DNA from: Candidatus Komeilibacteria bacterium
Lineage (GTDB): Bacteria > Patescibacteriota > Patescibacteriia > UBA1558
Reading direction: 5' to 3'
DNA: 64,000 nt
NCBI GenBank assembly: GCA_048538235.1
Contig: JBLYPX010000001.1
Location: 456,013 to 520,012, forward strand
A model generated the notes under the pieces. The model did not search any database, had not been told where the DNA came from, and worked only from the letters and a program-made list of their open reading frames with translations. Shown here piece by piece: positions 27,467 through 38,900 of the stretch (positions are counted from its first letter, which is position 1; the number at the start of each line of letters is the position of its first letter). The position numbers and the translations under genes were made by a program.

Positions 27467-28039
27467 TTATTTAAGTTTATTAATCTCTTTATATCTAAAA
27501 CAATCTATTGTGTGGTCATTAACCATTCCTATTCCTTGCATAAATGCATAACAAATTGTTGTACCAACAAATTTAAAACCTCTTTTCTTTAAATCTTTAC
27601 TCATAGCGTCAGACTCTTTACTACTTACAGGTATTTGTTTAATGGTTTTAAATTTATTAACCTTTGTTCTACCACCAGTAAACTGCCAAATATATTTATT
27701 AAAACTACCAAATTCTTTTTGTACTTCAATAAATCTTTTAGCATTATTAATAGTTGCTTTTATCTTTAACCTATTACGAATAATATCTTTATCTTTAACT
27801 AGAGCTTCTACTTTTCTACTGTTAAATTTTGCTACTTTAGTATAATCATAATCTGCAAAAGCTTTTCTAAAACCTGGTTCTTTATTCCAAGTGATACTCC
27901 AAGAAAGACCAGCTTGAAATGTATCTAGTACTAAAAATTTAAATATTTGCTTATCTTTATGCACTGGCACACCCCAAATATTGTCATGATATTTAATCAT
28001 AGCAGGATCAGAGCCAGGCCATTTACACCTTTTCTTCAT
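27467..28039 (-). CDS. tag: DNA-3-methyladenine glycosylase I
   Basis: RC.W, YHD..WG.P, FQAGLSW, IIRNRLKI, GFKFVG, GMVNDH..DC. Confidence 0.96.
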   Translation of the reverse strand: MKKRCKWPGSDPAMIKYHDNIWGVPVHKDKQIFKFLVLDTFQAGLSWSITWNKEPGFRKAFADYDYTKVAKFNSRKVEALVKDKDIIRNRLKIKATINNAKRFIEVQKEFGSFNKYIWQFTGGRTKVNKFKTIKQIPVSSKESDAMSKDLKKRGFKFVGTTICYAFMQGIGMVNDHTIDCFRYKEINKLK

Positions 28040-28074
28040 ACCAATATGATACCATAATATGTTACAATATATAC

Positions 28075-28452
28075 ATGGCAGAAATTAAACATTTATCTCT
28101 GTGGAAATACTTAGCCAATTTTTGGTCTTGGTTAACCATAATTATATTCATAGCTGCTTTTTTTGCACCAGAACAATTTAATGGCTCAATTGGTGCTACT
28201 TCTGTAATTTATGCTTCTATTCTTGGCATCTATGTTAGTAGTAAAGAAGTTGCTAGGTGGCGTAATAAAGACTATGTTTCTAATTATTACGGTGAAATAT
28301 ATGTATTAATATGGACTATTATAATCGTAGGCATGATCCTTATTTCCATAATGAACCATAATTTTGTGCTCCAACCTGAGTTTACAGCTACATATATTAC
28401 AATATTGGGAATATTTGCTATTTCCCAAAAATCTAAGGCTTTAAAGGGTTGA
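28075..28452 (+). CDS. Hypothetical four-TM membrane protein
   Basis: Hydrophobic helices; internal repeat Y.SILGIY..SK / YITILGIFAISQK. Confidence 0.65.
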   Translation: MAEIKHLSLWKYLANFWSWLTIIIFIAAFFAPEQFNGSIGATSVIYASILGIYVSSKEVARWRNKDYVSNYYGEIYVLIWTIIIVGMILISIMNHNFVLQPEFTATYITILGIFAISQKSKALKG

Positions 28453-28517
28453 CACCCGGGCGTCTAAATGCTATACTGCTCTCGCTTGCACGAAAGTTTA
28501 ATTTAATTTAAATTCAC

Positions 28518-28808
28518 ATGAAAAAAGATACACATCCAGAATATCATGCAAAAGCTAAAGTTACTTGCGCTTGCGGTAATAGTTTTACAGTTGGTTCAAC
28601 TTTAAAAGAGTTAAAAGTTGAAATTTGTTCTAATTGTCATCCATTCTATACTGGTAAACAAAAGTTAATGGATACAGCTGGTAGAGTAGATAGATTTAAA
28701 CGTATTGCTGAACAGCAATCTAAGGTAGCAGCTACTCGCAAAGGCAAAAAGGCTAAAAAAGCTAAAGCAGCCAAGAAAAAAACTAGCAAAGAGAAAAAAG
28801 ATAAATAA
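28518..28808 (+). CDS. rpmE: 50S ribosomal protein L31 (Zn-binding type, Lys/Ala tail)
   Basis: [29 protein letters not shown]. Confidence 0.97.
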   Translation: MKKDTHPEYHAKAKVTCACGNSFTVGSTLKELKVEICSNCHPFYTGKQKLMDTAGRVDRFKRIAEQQSKVAATRKGKKAKKAKAAKKKTSKEKKDK

Positions 28809-28877
28809 CTATACATATATAAAAATCCCTATTTTACTAATGGGGATTTTTTATTTAATTCAAGGTATAATACAGTT

Positions 28878-29933
28878 ATGAAGGATTTATTAAAAAAATA
28901 TGAAGGTAAATACAAAGAATTAGAAGCTAGTCTTCAAGACCAAGCTATTGTTAGCGATCCTCAAAAATTACAAACTATTTCTCAAGAATATTCTGAAATT
29001 AAAAATGTCTATGAAAAAGTTAAAGAATATGTAGATAAAGATAATGCATTGCAGCAATTACAAAAAGATATTAGTTTAGAAAAGGATGAAGATATGAAAA
29101 CAATGATGACAGAAGAAATTTCTACTTTAGAACAAAGTCTATTAGAATTAAAAAAAGACATAGACGAATTAACTAAACCACAGGATCCTCTTAATAAGAA
29201 AAATGTCATTATGGAAATAAGAGCTGGTACTGGTGGTGATGAATCTGCTCTTTTTGCAGCTGACCTATTCCGCATGTACTCTCGTTATGCTGAAAAGAAT
29301 AATTGGAAAATAAATATACTTTCATCAAATAGAACTGAGCTTAATGGCTTTAAAGAAATAATCTTTGAAGTAGCAGGGCTTAATGTTTATGGTAAATTGA
29401 AATATGAGAGTGGCGTACACAGAGTACAGCGTGTGCCTGAAACTGAAAAATCTGGCCGTATTCATACCTCAGCAGCTACTGTAGCTGTTTTACCTGAAGC
29501 TGAAGAAGTAGATTTAAAGATAGAACCAAACGATATCCGTATAGATACATATTGTGCATCTGGCCATGGTGGTCAAAGCGTTAACACAACTTACTCAGCT
29601 GTACGTATTACTCATCTACCCACAAATATTGTTGCAACCTGTCAGGATGAGAAATCTCAACAACAGAATAAAATAAAGGCCATGCAAGTTCTTAGATCTC
29701 GTATTCTGCAACAAATTGAAGATGAAAAAAGAGCTAAGGATTCAGCTGCTAGAAAATCTCAAGTTGGTACTGGCGATAGATCTGAAAAGATTAGAACATA
29801 TAATTGGCCACAAGACAGAGTAACCGACCATAGAATAAAATTATCTTTACACAATCTAGATAGTATTTTAGATGGTAATATTGATGAAATAATAGATTCT
29901 TTAATTAAAGCAGATAATGAACTACGCGAATAA
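28878..29933 (+). CDS. prfA: Peptide chain release factor 1
   Basis: PxT motif (VPETE), GGQ (GHGGQSVN), RSEKIRTYN. Confidence 0.97.
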   Translation: MKDLLKKYEGKYKELEASLQDQAIVSDPQKLQTISQEYSEIKNVYEKVKEYVDKDNALQQLQKDISLEKDEDMKTMMTEEISTLEQSLLELKKDIDELTKPQDPLNKKNVIMEIRAGTGGDESALFAADLFRMYSRYAEKNNWKINILSSNRTELNGFKEIIFEVAGLNVYGKLKYESGVHRVQRVPETEKSGRIHTSAATVAVLPEAEEVDLKIEPNDIRIDTYCASGHGGQSVNTTYSAVRITHLPTNIVATCQDEKSQQQNKIKAMQVLRSRILQQIEDEKRAKDSAARKSQVGTGDRSEKIRTYNWPQDRVTDHRIKLSLHNLDSILDGNIDEIIDSLIKADNELRE

Positions 29934-30753
29934 AGTTTTAATAAAAGCTACAAAAAAATTAGAAGATTATTCTACTTCAGCTTCTTTAGATGCTGAAGTT
30001 TTGCTTATGCATGTTTTAAAAATAGATAAAACTCAATTACTAGCAAATCCTAAACTTAAAATATCCTTTATTAACAATATTAAGTTTAATAGCTTAATAA
30101 ATAAAAGAATTAAATATTACCCCATTGCTTATTTAATAGGATATAAAGAATTCTATGGTCTTAAATTTAAAGTTAATAAACACACCTTAGTACCAAGACC
30201 TGAATCTGAACTGTTTATTGATGAATTAAAAAAAATTAATCCTATTAACAAAATAATAATAGACATTGGTACTGGTAGTGGTTGTTTAATAATATCTGCT
30301 GCTAAATATTTACCAAACAACAAGTACATTGGCACAGATATATCTAGTGATGCTTTAAAAATAGCCAAGCTAAATGCTAAGGCTTACAACCTTAATATAG
30401 ATTTTTACAAGGGCAACCTCTTAGAGCTGGTTATAGATAGAAATATTAATATAATCATGGCTAATCTTCCCTATTTGAATGAAACTGAAATGAAAGAGAA
30501 CAGTATAAAGCGTGAACCAAGAACTGCACTCTATTCTAAAGACAATGGACTGTATCATTACAATAGATTATTACAACAAATTAAAGAAAATAATTTAAAA
30601 CCTGAGTATATATTTATAGAAATAAACCCTGAGCAGATAAAAACATTAAGTTTATTAATTAATAAACTATTACCAAAATATAATATTACTAAAATAAAAG
30701 ACTTAAGTAATAGTACTAGATTACTAAAACTAAGTTTGACAAATACTTTTTAG
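29917..30753 (+). CDS. prmC: Release factor glutamine methyltransferase
   Basis: PIAYLIG.KEF, LVPRPE, DIGTGSG, NLPY. Confidence 0.95.
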   Translation: MNYANKVLIKATKKLEDYSTSASLDAEVLLMHVLKIDKTQLLANPKLKISFINNIKFNSLINKRIKYYPIAYLIGYKEFYGLKFKVNKHTLVPRPESELFIDELKKINPINKIIIDIGTGSGCLIISAAKYLPNNKYIGTDISSDALKIAKLNAKAYNLNIDFYKGNLLELVIDRNINIIMANLPYLNETEMKENSIKREPRTALYSKDNGLYHYNRLLQQIKENNLKPEYIFIEINPEQIKTLSLLINKLLPKYNITKIKDLSNSTRLLKLSLTNTF

Positions 30754-30797
30754 CCTCATATAGTGAAAATAGTTCTTTAAAAGAAAGCGAGGTTAAT

Positions 30798-31112
30798 ATG
30801 GATACCAAGCTAAGTGCAGAAGAAAAACACGCAAAAGATATATCCAAAAGTGTTAAATTTGCACAATCAAACCTGCCATTTTATGGCACTATTCGCTTAC
30901 AGAAAAACCGCAAAATAAATATCTTTAACGACTCTATTCCTGGTCTTTTCAAAGCTATCTCTATAAACGAAACCGTTGTTCATGCTACTATTGAGAGCGG
31001 CAATCAAGCTATTGGTGAAAAAGAATATGTTTTACCAATTGAAGATGTCAGCCGAATTGAAGTAGATAGAGATATTAATCGTAAAGTGATTTTAAACCCA
31101 GAACTCATATAG
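30798..31112 (+). CDS. Hypothetical protein in a stand-alone cassette
   Basis: TTGACA (30736), 17 nt, TATAGT; gagg SD; downstream palindrome. Confidence 0.6.
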   Translation: MDTKLSAEEKHAKDISKSVKFAQSNLPFYGTIRLQKNRKINIFNDSIPGLFKAISINETVVHATIESGNQAIGEKEYVLPIEDVSRIEVDRDINRKVILNPELI

Positions 31113-31145
31113 ACGCGGAGATATTACTGTGAGCGCAATTAACTA

Positions 31146-31173
31146 AAAAGCCCTAGACTAGTCTAGGGCTTTT
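31146..31173. terminator. Bidirectional terminator (perfect 28-bp palindrome)
   Basis: aaaagccctagact|agtctagggctttt between convergent genes. Confidence 0.8.
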
Positions 31174-31190
31174 AACTTAATATGTATGTT

Positions 31191-31691
31191 TTATTCAAGT
31201 GTCATAACTGTATAACCAAGCGGTGCTATCTTAGTCCAATCCAAATTTGGACAAGAACCATGACCTAATGAATTCTCACTAGTTTCAAATCTAGCTATCT
31301 GAAAAACATAAAAGTCATCATCACAACCATACTCTCCTTTTAGAAATTTCTTATAACGATAATAATAGGTATCATCATTCAAAGGATCAAAAGGTACAGC
31401 TGTTAAATAACCAGAGCTTACTAATTGATTTAGGAAATCTGCGCCACCTTTATCATTGCTTTTATCCCAACCATCACCATCATCATCCTTTACTTCTGGG
31501 TAATGACCATATTGTGAATAATAGAAGTCTAAAGCTTTAACAATAGCTTGCGCATCACCTTGTCTACGAATATCTCTAACTCTACCCCACCTATTATTCA
31601 TATAACTAGCGCCAAAAATAATAGCAGCAATCATTACTACTACCATTAATATCTTACTTATTGTTTGGCTATTGCCTAAATTTTCTCCCAT
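31191..31691 (-). CDS. Pilin/GspG-like protein with degenerate prepilin site
   Basis: RD.RR.GD...I..ALD.Y...G.YP and YL..VPFDP are pilin motifs; N-terminus lacks G|F..E5. Confidence 0.7.
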   Translation of the reverse strand: MGENLGNSQTISKILMVVVMIAAIIFGASYMNNRWGRVRDIRRQGDAQAIVKALDFYYSQYGHYPEVKDDDGDGWDKSNDKGGADFLNQLVSSGYLTAVPFDPLNDDTYYYRYKKFLKGEYGCDDDFYVFQIARFETSENSLGHGSCPNLDWTKIAPLGYTVMTLE

Positions 31692-31696
31692 ATATA

Positions 31697-32695
31697 TTAA
31701 TTATACTCAAGGTTGAGGTATTGTGGCAATATCTGTACCCAAGTTTGACCATAATTAAGCTGTATTGGTCTTTGTCCGAACAAGAGCTTTAAACTACTAT
31801 TATTATCTTTTTTCCAAACTATTTCTTGTTTTTGGCCATCTCTAAATAAATAACCAAGGCCGCTACCAATTACATCCATACCTAATCTTTCTGTATCTAT
31901 TAACCTGGTCTGCATTATTAAAACAATTACATTCTTAGCTGTTACTGGATCATTATTTGTAAAATATTCCTGATCTTCCCCTATAAATCTATTGTATACA
32001 TTCTGTTCTCTATCATAATGCCAGTAAACATCATTGGCTCCCTGGGTATATGGAACATGAATAAACTTATCTTCCTCTGTTCTATACTCCTCTGCTAATT
32101 CATCTTTTATCTCCCACAAATAATCTACCTTATCTTTAATCTCATAACTATCTAGCGCTCTATTAATAAGTTCAGGCCTGGTGAATAAATTATGTGGGTT
32201 AATTAAAGTATGGTCTCTGTAAAAATATATTCCTTGATAAGATATTTCATTAATATCTGTGAAAGAATAATCGTCTTTCTTCAAACTATTAAGGGCTTGT
32301 GGACTACCGCCAGCATGCCAATATGTTCCCTGCCAATCATTAGCTAAAGTTAGAAAGTATGGACGAGCAGATCTAACTGGTCCAATTTTATCTGGTAAAT
32401 CTGCTGTATTAAACACGGCCATTAATCTAGTAAAACCACCTTCAATTAATGCTTCATAAACAACAACTGCCTTTTCTAAACCAGCTTGTGGCATAGCTAC
32501 AGTTGCATTATCTAGCATCACGGTTAAGTAATTACTTTGTCCGTATCCATTTAAGTTAACATCTTCTGTATAAGTAAACTCATTAGTTTTCTGCCAGTTT
32601 ATAGGCCCAATTAATAATAAAAATAATAGTGCTAGCAGTATAACTGTTAGCACTATTAATATGTATGACCAGTAACCTGGTATAACTTTCTTCAT
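31697..32695 (-). CDS. DUF3048-like membrane-anchored protein
   Basis: VMLDN...A.PQAGL..A.VVYE...EGG.TR, GPVRSARPY, HAGGSP, PHNL. Confidence 0.85.
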   Translation of the reverse strand: MKKVIPGYWSYILIVLTVILLALLFLLLIGPINWQKTNEFTYTEDVNLNGYGQSNYLTVMLDNATVAMPQAGLEKAVVVYEALIEGGFTRLMAVFNTADLPDKIGPVRSARPYFLTLANDWQGTYWHAGGSPQALNSLKKDDYSFTDINEISYQGIYFYRDHTLINPHNLFTRPELINRALDSYEIKDKVDYLWEIKDELAEEYRTEEDKFIHVPYTQGANDVYWHYDREQNVYNRFIGEDQEYFTNNDPVTAKNVIVLIMQTRLIDTERLGMDVIGSGLGYLFRDGQKQEIVWKKDNNSSLKLLFGQRPIQLNYGQTWVQILPQYLNLEYN

Positions 32696-33378
32696 TATTC
32701 CTCTTTCTTTTCTTCCTTATTCTCTTCTTCAGCAGGTTTTTCACCTTCTTCAGTTGCTTCACCCTCTGCATTTTCACCTTCTTCAGATTCAGAACTTTCA
32801 GTAGTTGTCTTTTCTTCAACTCTAGGTGGTTTAACAGTAGCAATCACTGCATCCATTCCAGTTATAACCTCAATATTTTTAGGAAGGTCTAATGATTCAA
32901 CGTGAATAACATCGTCATAGGTCTTTAATTGAGATAAGTCTACCTTAACTTCTTTCAAAATATCTTCAGGCAAACAACGAATTTCTAATCTGTGTAATAG
33001 AGTCATTAATGTACCGCCCAAGACTTTAACAGCTGGAGATTCACCAAAGAAGTGAATAGGCACACGAATATCTAAAGTTTTATTCAAATCTACTTTGTAT
33101 AGATCAAGATGAATAATACGGCTAGTTACAGGATCACGTTGTGCTTCCTTAATAACTACCTTAATAGGATCTTTTCCATCTACAACTAATGTTAATAGTC
33201 TAGATCTGCCAACTTCTTCAAAAAGTACTTCTGCAGACTTACCATCAACCCATAGATTAGTATTTTCTTGTTCAAAACCGTACAAAACTGCTGGGATTAA
33301 ATTATCTTTTCTACCAGCGTTTAAATTAGCTTTATTGCCTAATTCTCTTAATTTTGCACTTAAATTTAAATCTACCAT
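32695..33378 (-). CDS. rplY: 50S ribosomal protein L25/Ctc
   Basis: IPAVLYG, QRDPV, HLDLY, GESPAVK..GG, acidic tail. Confidence 0.95.
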   Translation of the reverse strand: MVDLNLSAKLRELGNKANLNAGRKDNLIPAVLYGFEQENTNLWVDGKSAEVLFEEVGRSRLLTLVVDGKDPIKVVIKEAQRDPVTSRIIHLDLYKVDLNKTLDIRVPIHFFGESPAVKVLGGTLMTLLHRLEIRCLPEDILKEVKVDLSQLKTYDDVIHVESLDLPKNIEVITGMDAVIATVKPPRVEEKTTTESSESEEGENAEGEATEEGEKPAEEENKEEKKEE

Positions 33379-33463
33379 GTTTTTTAATTTAGTAACTTAA
33401 AGTGTGGTGTTACTTATAAAAAGCTACACCATTAAAACATATCCTGAAAATATTGTCAATGCT

Positions 33464-34579
33464 TTAATAAGTAAATAGCTTTTCTCTACGCGTCATAATG
33501 ACATTTTGCACTATTCCTAAAACAATAAAGGTTGTTAATAATGAGCTACCGCCATAGCTAACAAATGGTAATGTAATACCAGTTACTGGAGCTATACCAA
33601 TTGTCATACCAATATTAACAAAAGTTTGAATAGATAAATATATTGTAAAACCAAGTACCATCCAGGAAGCAAAAGCATTGCCGCTATTTTTAACAACAGA
33701 TACTAATTTTACAAACAAAAGCACAAATAGTAGTAGCAAGGCCATTGAACCCCACAAACCAAAGCTCTCAGCAATAACTGCAAAAATAAAATCTGAATAT
33801 TGTTCTGGTAAAAAGTTTAACTGACTTTGTGGACCTAGTCCTAATCCCCTGCCTAGTAATTGCCCAGAACCAACTGCTATCATTGACTGGTTTACATTAT
33901 ATCCCTCCCCTAAGACATCAGCTGTTGGACTAACAAAAGAAATAATTCTAGCTTTCTGGTAATCTTCAAAAGTAAATGTCCACAATAATATACTAATAAT
34001 TATTAACCCAATAATTAAATACAAAAAATATTTCTTAGGTATTTTTACAAACCACAACATAATAAACCAAGTGGCAAAAATAATAACTGCTGAACCAAAA
34101 TCTGGTTGTGTAGCAACCAACCCTGCAAATAATGCTGTTATACCACCAGTTATTAATATATGTTTTAATTTATAAAACTCATGTTGGTATTTAGTAAAAT
34201 AACTAGCCAGAAAAAATACAATAGCGAGTTTTGCAAATTCAGAAGGCTGAAAAGTTTGTCCGCCAACAGCAAGCCAGCCAGTCATACCACGAATAGGGTC
34301 TGCAAATAAATTTACAACAAGTAAAAGTAATAGAACAAAAGCCATTATTAACTTATGGTAATTTTTTAACCACCTGTAATCAAATAAAGTGAAAAGAACA
34401 ACCAGAACAAGCCCAATAAATACAAATATTAATTGTCTAACAAATAAATTACTGCCATCTAAGGGTTCATTAACATTTAAACTATAAAGGGCTGTTAAAG
34501 AAAAAAGTAATAAAAAAAAGACATTTAGCATCAGTAACCAATCAACTTTTTTAAACCACAGCTTTACTGATTTAAACAT
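33464..34579 (-). CDS. rodA: SEDS protein, RodA type
   Basis: FQPSEFAK, QPDFG, YQKARI, GYNV.QS..A.GSG, FLPE..DFIF, LPFVSYGGSS. Confidence 0.88.
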   Translation of the reverse strand: MFKSVKLWFKKVDWLLMLNVFFLLLFSLTALYSLNVNEPLDGSNLFVRQLIFVFIGLVLVVLFTLFDYRWLKNYHKLIMAFVLLLLLVVNLFADPIRGMTGWLAVGGQTFQPSEFAKLAIVFFLASYFTKYQHEFYKLKHILITGGITALFAGLVATQPDFGSAVIIFATWFIMLWFVKIPKKYFLYLIIGLIIISILLWTFTFEDYQKARIISFVSPTADVLGEGYNVNQSMIAVGSGQLLGRGLGLGPQSQLNFLPEQYSDFIFAVIAESFGLWGSMALLLLFVLLFVKLVSVVKNSGNAFASWMVLGFTIYLSIQTFVNIGMTIGIAPVTGITLPFVSYGGSSLLTTFIVLGIVQNVIMTRREKLFTY

Positions 34580-34586
34580 CTTACTA

Positions 34587-35411
34587 TTATTTAATTATAC
34601 CTGGATCAAATAAATTAATATCCGGCATTACTTTAATAGCCGTAACATTTGGCAAACTATGACCCCAACTAACTGTTAACTCTCTTGAAGTTAAACTATC
34701 TAAAAAGCTTAATTTCATATAATTAAAAGCTACCTCTCTTGTACCCGAATACAATACTACTATGAAACCTGGATCATAAAAACTATATGAGGAATTGTTA
34801 TCTACAGTCCAACTAGCTTGACCACCCAAATCTTGTCCTTCAATTCTAGAAGCTGGCGTAAAAGTTTCATTACTAATATTTACCATTGAATAAATATTAT
34901 CATCAGGTCTAACTCTGGCCCAATCTCTAGTAATAATTTGTAGTGAAGCTGTAGTACCAATACTATTAACATCTAGTGCTAATAAATACTTACTTTCATT
35001 TGGTAATAAAAATGTTTCCTGCTCTGGTGTTACTTGACCACCTGGTAATACAAATTGGTAAACTAACTTTCTAACACCCCACTCTGTATTCACATTACTT
35101 ATCTCCACACCAATATCTGTTTTACCATTTGTTGTTTTAACTGCTTTGGTTGTTGATATAATTAATTCCTTTGGTTGATTCTCCTCGTGGTAAGCTTGCC
35201 AATCTATATACTCTGGAGTTGTTGTTAATTCATTAAGCTCTGAATAATTATTTAAAAACTTAACAAGTCCAAATAAAGCCCAAAGCACCAGTATTGTGTC
35301 TAGTGCTATAAAAAGAATAAGGCCAATCTTTTTAATCTCCTTTTTGTGTAATAAATACCAATAAGAGTATTTAAGCTGTTTATCTGTTAAATTTTGAGTT
35401 GGGTCTTCCAT
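34587..35411 (-). CDS. Hypothetical membrane-anchored protein with two Ig-like repeats
   Basis: N-terminal TM; two similar beta-rich halves. Confidence 0.65.
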   Translation of the reverse strand: MEDPTQNLTDKQLKYSYWYLLHKKEIKKIGLILFIALDTILVLWALFGLVKFLNNYSELNELTTTPEYIDWQAYHEENQPKELIISTTKAVKTTNGKTDIGVEISNVNTEWGVRKLVYQFVLPGGQVTPEQETFLLPNESKYLLALDVNSIGTTASLQIITRDWARVRPDDNIYSMVNISNETFTPASRIEGQDLGGQASWTVDNNSSYSFYDPGFIVVLYSGTREVAFNYMKLSFLDSLTSRELTVSWGHSLPNVTAIKVMPDINLFDPGIIK

Positions 35412-35513
35412 ATATATGTATATTTTACCCTGAACTCCCTTCTCTGTCTACCAGCAATTAGCATGAAAACAAATATTTATGCTATAATATGCCTGTTATT
35501 AACTACAAAAAAT

Positions 35514-35816
35514 ATGCTAGAAACATCAAAAGATTTATTAAATATTGTAATAGCATTCTGCGTGCTTTGGTTTACAGTATTTATGTGCTGGTTCATTTAC
35601 TACATCGTTATGATAATCAAACGTGTATCTGAAACAGCTGATCAACTTGCCAAAATGGCAGGTAATGTAAATGATTTTTTTGCAGAGGCTAAGACTAAGT
35701 TAAAAAATGCTACATCATATGTTCCTTTAGTTATTGAAGGTGTAAAAAATTTAACCGAGTACTTAAAAGAAAAACAAACTGGCAAGCCTAAAGCTAAACC
35801 AAAGAAAACAAAATAA
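35514..35816 (+). CDS. Hypothetical single-TM protein
   Basis: Likely start MLETSKDLL at 35514, after TGcTATAAT; TM plus coiled coil. Confidence 0.65.
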   Translation: MLETSKDLLNIVIAFCVLWFTVFMCWFIYYIVMIIKRVSETADQLAKMAGNVNDFFAEAKTKLKNATSYVPLVIEGVKNLTEYLKEKQTGKPKAKPKKTK

Positions 35817-35911
35817 TTAAACCAAACTAAATTTATATTTAGTAGTTTAAAAATTTAAATTTTTAATGACTACCATAATTGGGTTATGCCCAATTTTTTA
35901 TTCAAATACTT

Positions 35912-38900
35912 ATGTCTTTTGTTCACCTACATACACATAGTCACTATTCTTTACTTGATGGGCTTGGTACTATAGATAAACTAGTTGCCAAAACTAAAGA
36001 AAGTGGCATGCCAGCTCTTGCTCTAACTGATCATGGAGTTATGTATGGTGCTGTAGAATTTTACCAAAAGATGACCAAGGCTGGCCTTAAGCCAATTATT
36101 GGTGTTGAGGCTTATGTTGCTCCTAATAAACATACAGACAAAAGACCAAAGTTAGATGAGAAACCTTATCACCTAGTCTTACTTGCTAAAAATAATACTG
36201 GTTATAAAAATCTACTTAAACTAACCTCTATTGCTCACATTGAAGGGTATTATTATAAACCTAGAATAGACTGGGAGCTACTAGAGAAATATAAAGAAGG
36301 GTTAATAGTTTTAACTGCTTGTTTTGGTGGTGAGGTGCCAAGAAATATTAGACATGGTCATAAAGATAAAGCTATTGAAGCTATTAATAAATTTAAAAAA
36401 CTATTTGGTGAGGATTTCTATCTAGAGTTGCAAGATCATCCTAGTTTAGAAGGTTCTGAAGAACTAAACAATACTTTAATTGAACTATCTAAACAATTTG
36501 ACGTTCCCCTAGTCGCTACAAATGACATCCACTATATTGAGGAAGACGATAATATTGCTCAGGATGTTTTGCTTTGCCTGCAAACAAAAAGAAGACTATC
36601 AGATACAGACAGAATGACATATATGGGTGAAGATTTTTCCTTTAGATCAGCCGAAAGAATGAAAAAAAGTTTTGAGCATGTACCAGAAGCTATTGAAAAC
36701 ACTTTAAAAATAGCAGACAAATGTAATATAACTCTAGACTTTGATACTATTCATTTACCTCACTTTGAGCTACCAAATAATACTAATGCTGATGATTTCT
36801 TAAGAGAATTAAGTGTTAAGGGTATTGAAAAAAGATACAATCACGATGGTCCACCAGAGGGTTTACAAGAAAGAATGGATTATGAATTAGATATTATTAA
36901 AAAAACTGGCTATGCATCATATTTCTTAATTGTTCAAGACTTTATTAACTGGGCCAAAGACAATGGTATCGTAGTAGGACCTGGTCGTGGTAGTGCAGCG
37001 GGTTCTTTAGTTTCCTACCTCATTGGTATCACCAACATTGATCCACTCAAATATGAATTACTGTTTGAGAGATTTTTAAACCCAGAAAGAATATCTATGC
37101 CAGATATTGATACTGACTTTTCAGACGCTCGTCGTGACGAGGTTATTCAATATGCGGCAGATAAATATGGTAAGAATAATGTTTCTCAAATAATTACTTT
37201 TGGAACATTAGGAGCTAGAGTTGCTATTAGAGATGTTGGTAGAGTTATGGGCTATAGCTATGGCTATTGTGATCGTATTGCTAAATTAATACCAATGTTT
37301 ACAAATTTAAACACTGCTTTAGAAGAAATACCTGAGATAAAAGAAATGTATAGGTCAGACCCAGAAGCTAAAAAATTAATAGACATGGCCAAAAGAGTTG
37401 AAGGTGTTTGTAGACACTCCTCTACTCACGCTTGTGGAGTATTAATTACAGAAAAAGAGTTAACAGAATACGTACCTGTACAATACGCATCGTCTTCAGA
37501 CAAATCTATTGTTTCTCAATACTCCTTACACCCAGTTGAAGATTTAGGGCTTTTAAAAATGGACTTTCTTGGCCTTAAGAACTTAACATTAATTGAAACT
37601 TGTACTGAGATTGTTGAAAAAACAGTTGGTGATGAAATAAATATAGACAAAATACCACTAGACGATAAAAAAACATTTAAGATCTTTAAAAAAGGAGATA
37701 CTACTGGTGTTTTCCAATTTGAATCATCTGGTATGAGACGTTATTTAAAACAATTAAAACCAAGTGAATTAGAAGATATTATTGTGATGGTTTCCCTGTA
37801 TCGTCCTGGTCCAATGGAACTTATTCCAGATTATATTGATTTAAAACATGGTAAGAAAAAGGCTACATATTTGCATCCTAAATTAGAAGAAATGCTTGGC
37901 AAAACTTATGGCATTATTATCTACCAGGAACAGATTATGCAGATTGCTAGAAAATTAGCTGGCTTTACTTATGGACAAGCAGATGTTCTAAGAAAAGCCG
38001 TTGGTAAAAAAATTAAGAAGCTAATGGATGAACAAGAACAGAAATTAATATCTGGAATGATAGATAATGGTATTAGCCAAACTGTCGCTAAACAAATCTG
38101 GCAGTTTATTCTACCTTTTGCTAGATATGGTTTTAACCGCTCTCACGCTGCTTGTTATGCCATGATTTCTTACCAAACAGCCTACCTTAAAGCTAATTAT
38201 CCTGCTCAGTTTATGGCTGCTCTTTTAACATCTGATCTACACAATACAGATAAAATACCAATGGAAGTAGCAGAATGTGAAAAAATGGGTATTAAGGTAT
38301 TGCCACCAGACATAAATGAAAGTTACAGAATATTTACTGTGGTTATGGATGAAGATTTTAAAGAACATCCACGTATTAGATTTGGATTGGAAGCTATTAA
38401 AAATGTTGGTAATAATATTGCTTCTGTAATTATATCTGCCAGAAAAAAAGATGGGCCTTTTAAATCCTTGGAAGACTTTTTACTAAGAGTTAAGGATAAA
38501 GACCTAAATAAGAAATCTTTAGAGAGTTTAATTAAAGCAGGAGCTTTTGATGGTTTTGGTGAAAGAAATAAATTATTTAATAATGTTGAAAAAATATTAG
38601 ACTTTGTAAGAAGAAATAATACAGAAACAAACCAAAAGGATCTTTTCGCTGGTACTAATATAGATAGTAAACCAACTCTTGTTTTAGAAGATTATCCACC
38701 AGCAGATAAACAATCATTATTATCTTGGGAAAAAGATTTACTAGGTATATATATTTCAGACCACCCTATTAATGATTACAAAGAATATATTGGTCATGAC
38801 TTTTTAGATGCTAATGAAATTGCTCAAGGTAAAAACAGACAAAGTATTAAAATAGCTGGTATTGTATCTTCCATTAAAAGAATAATAACTGGTGCTGGCA

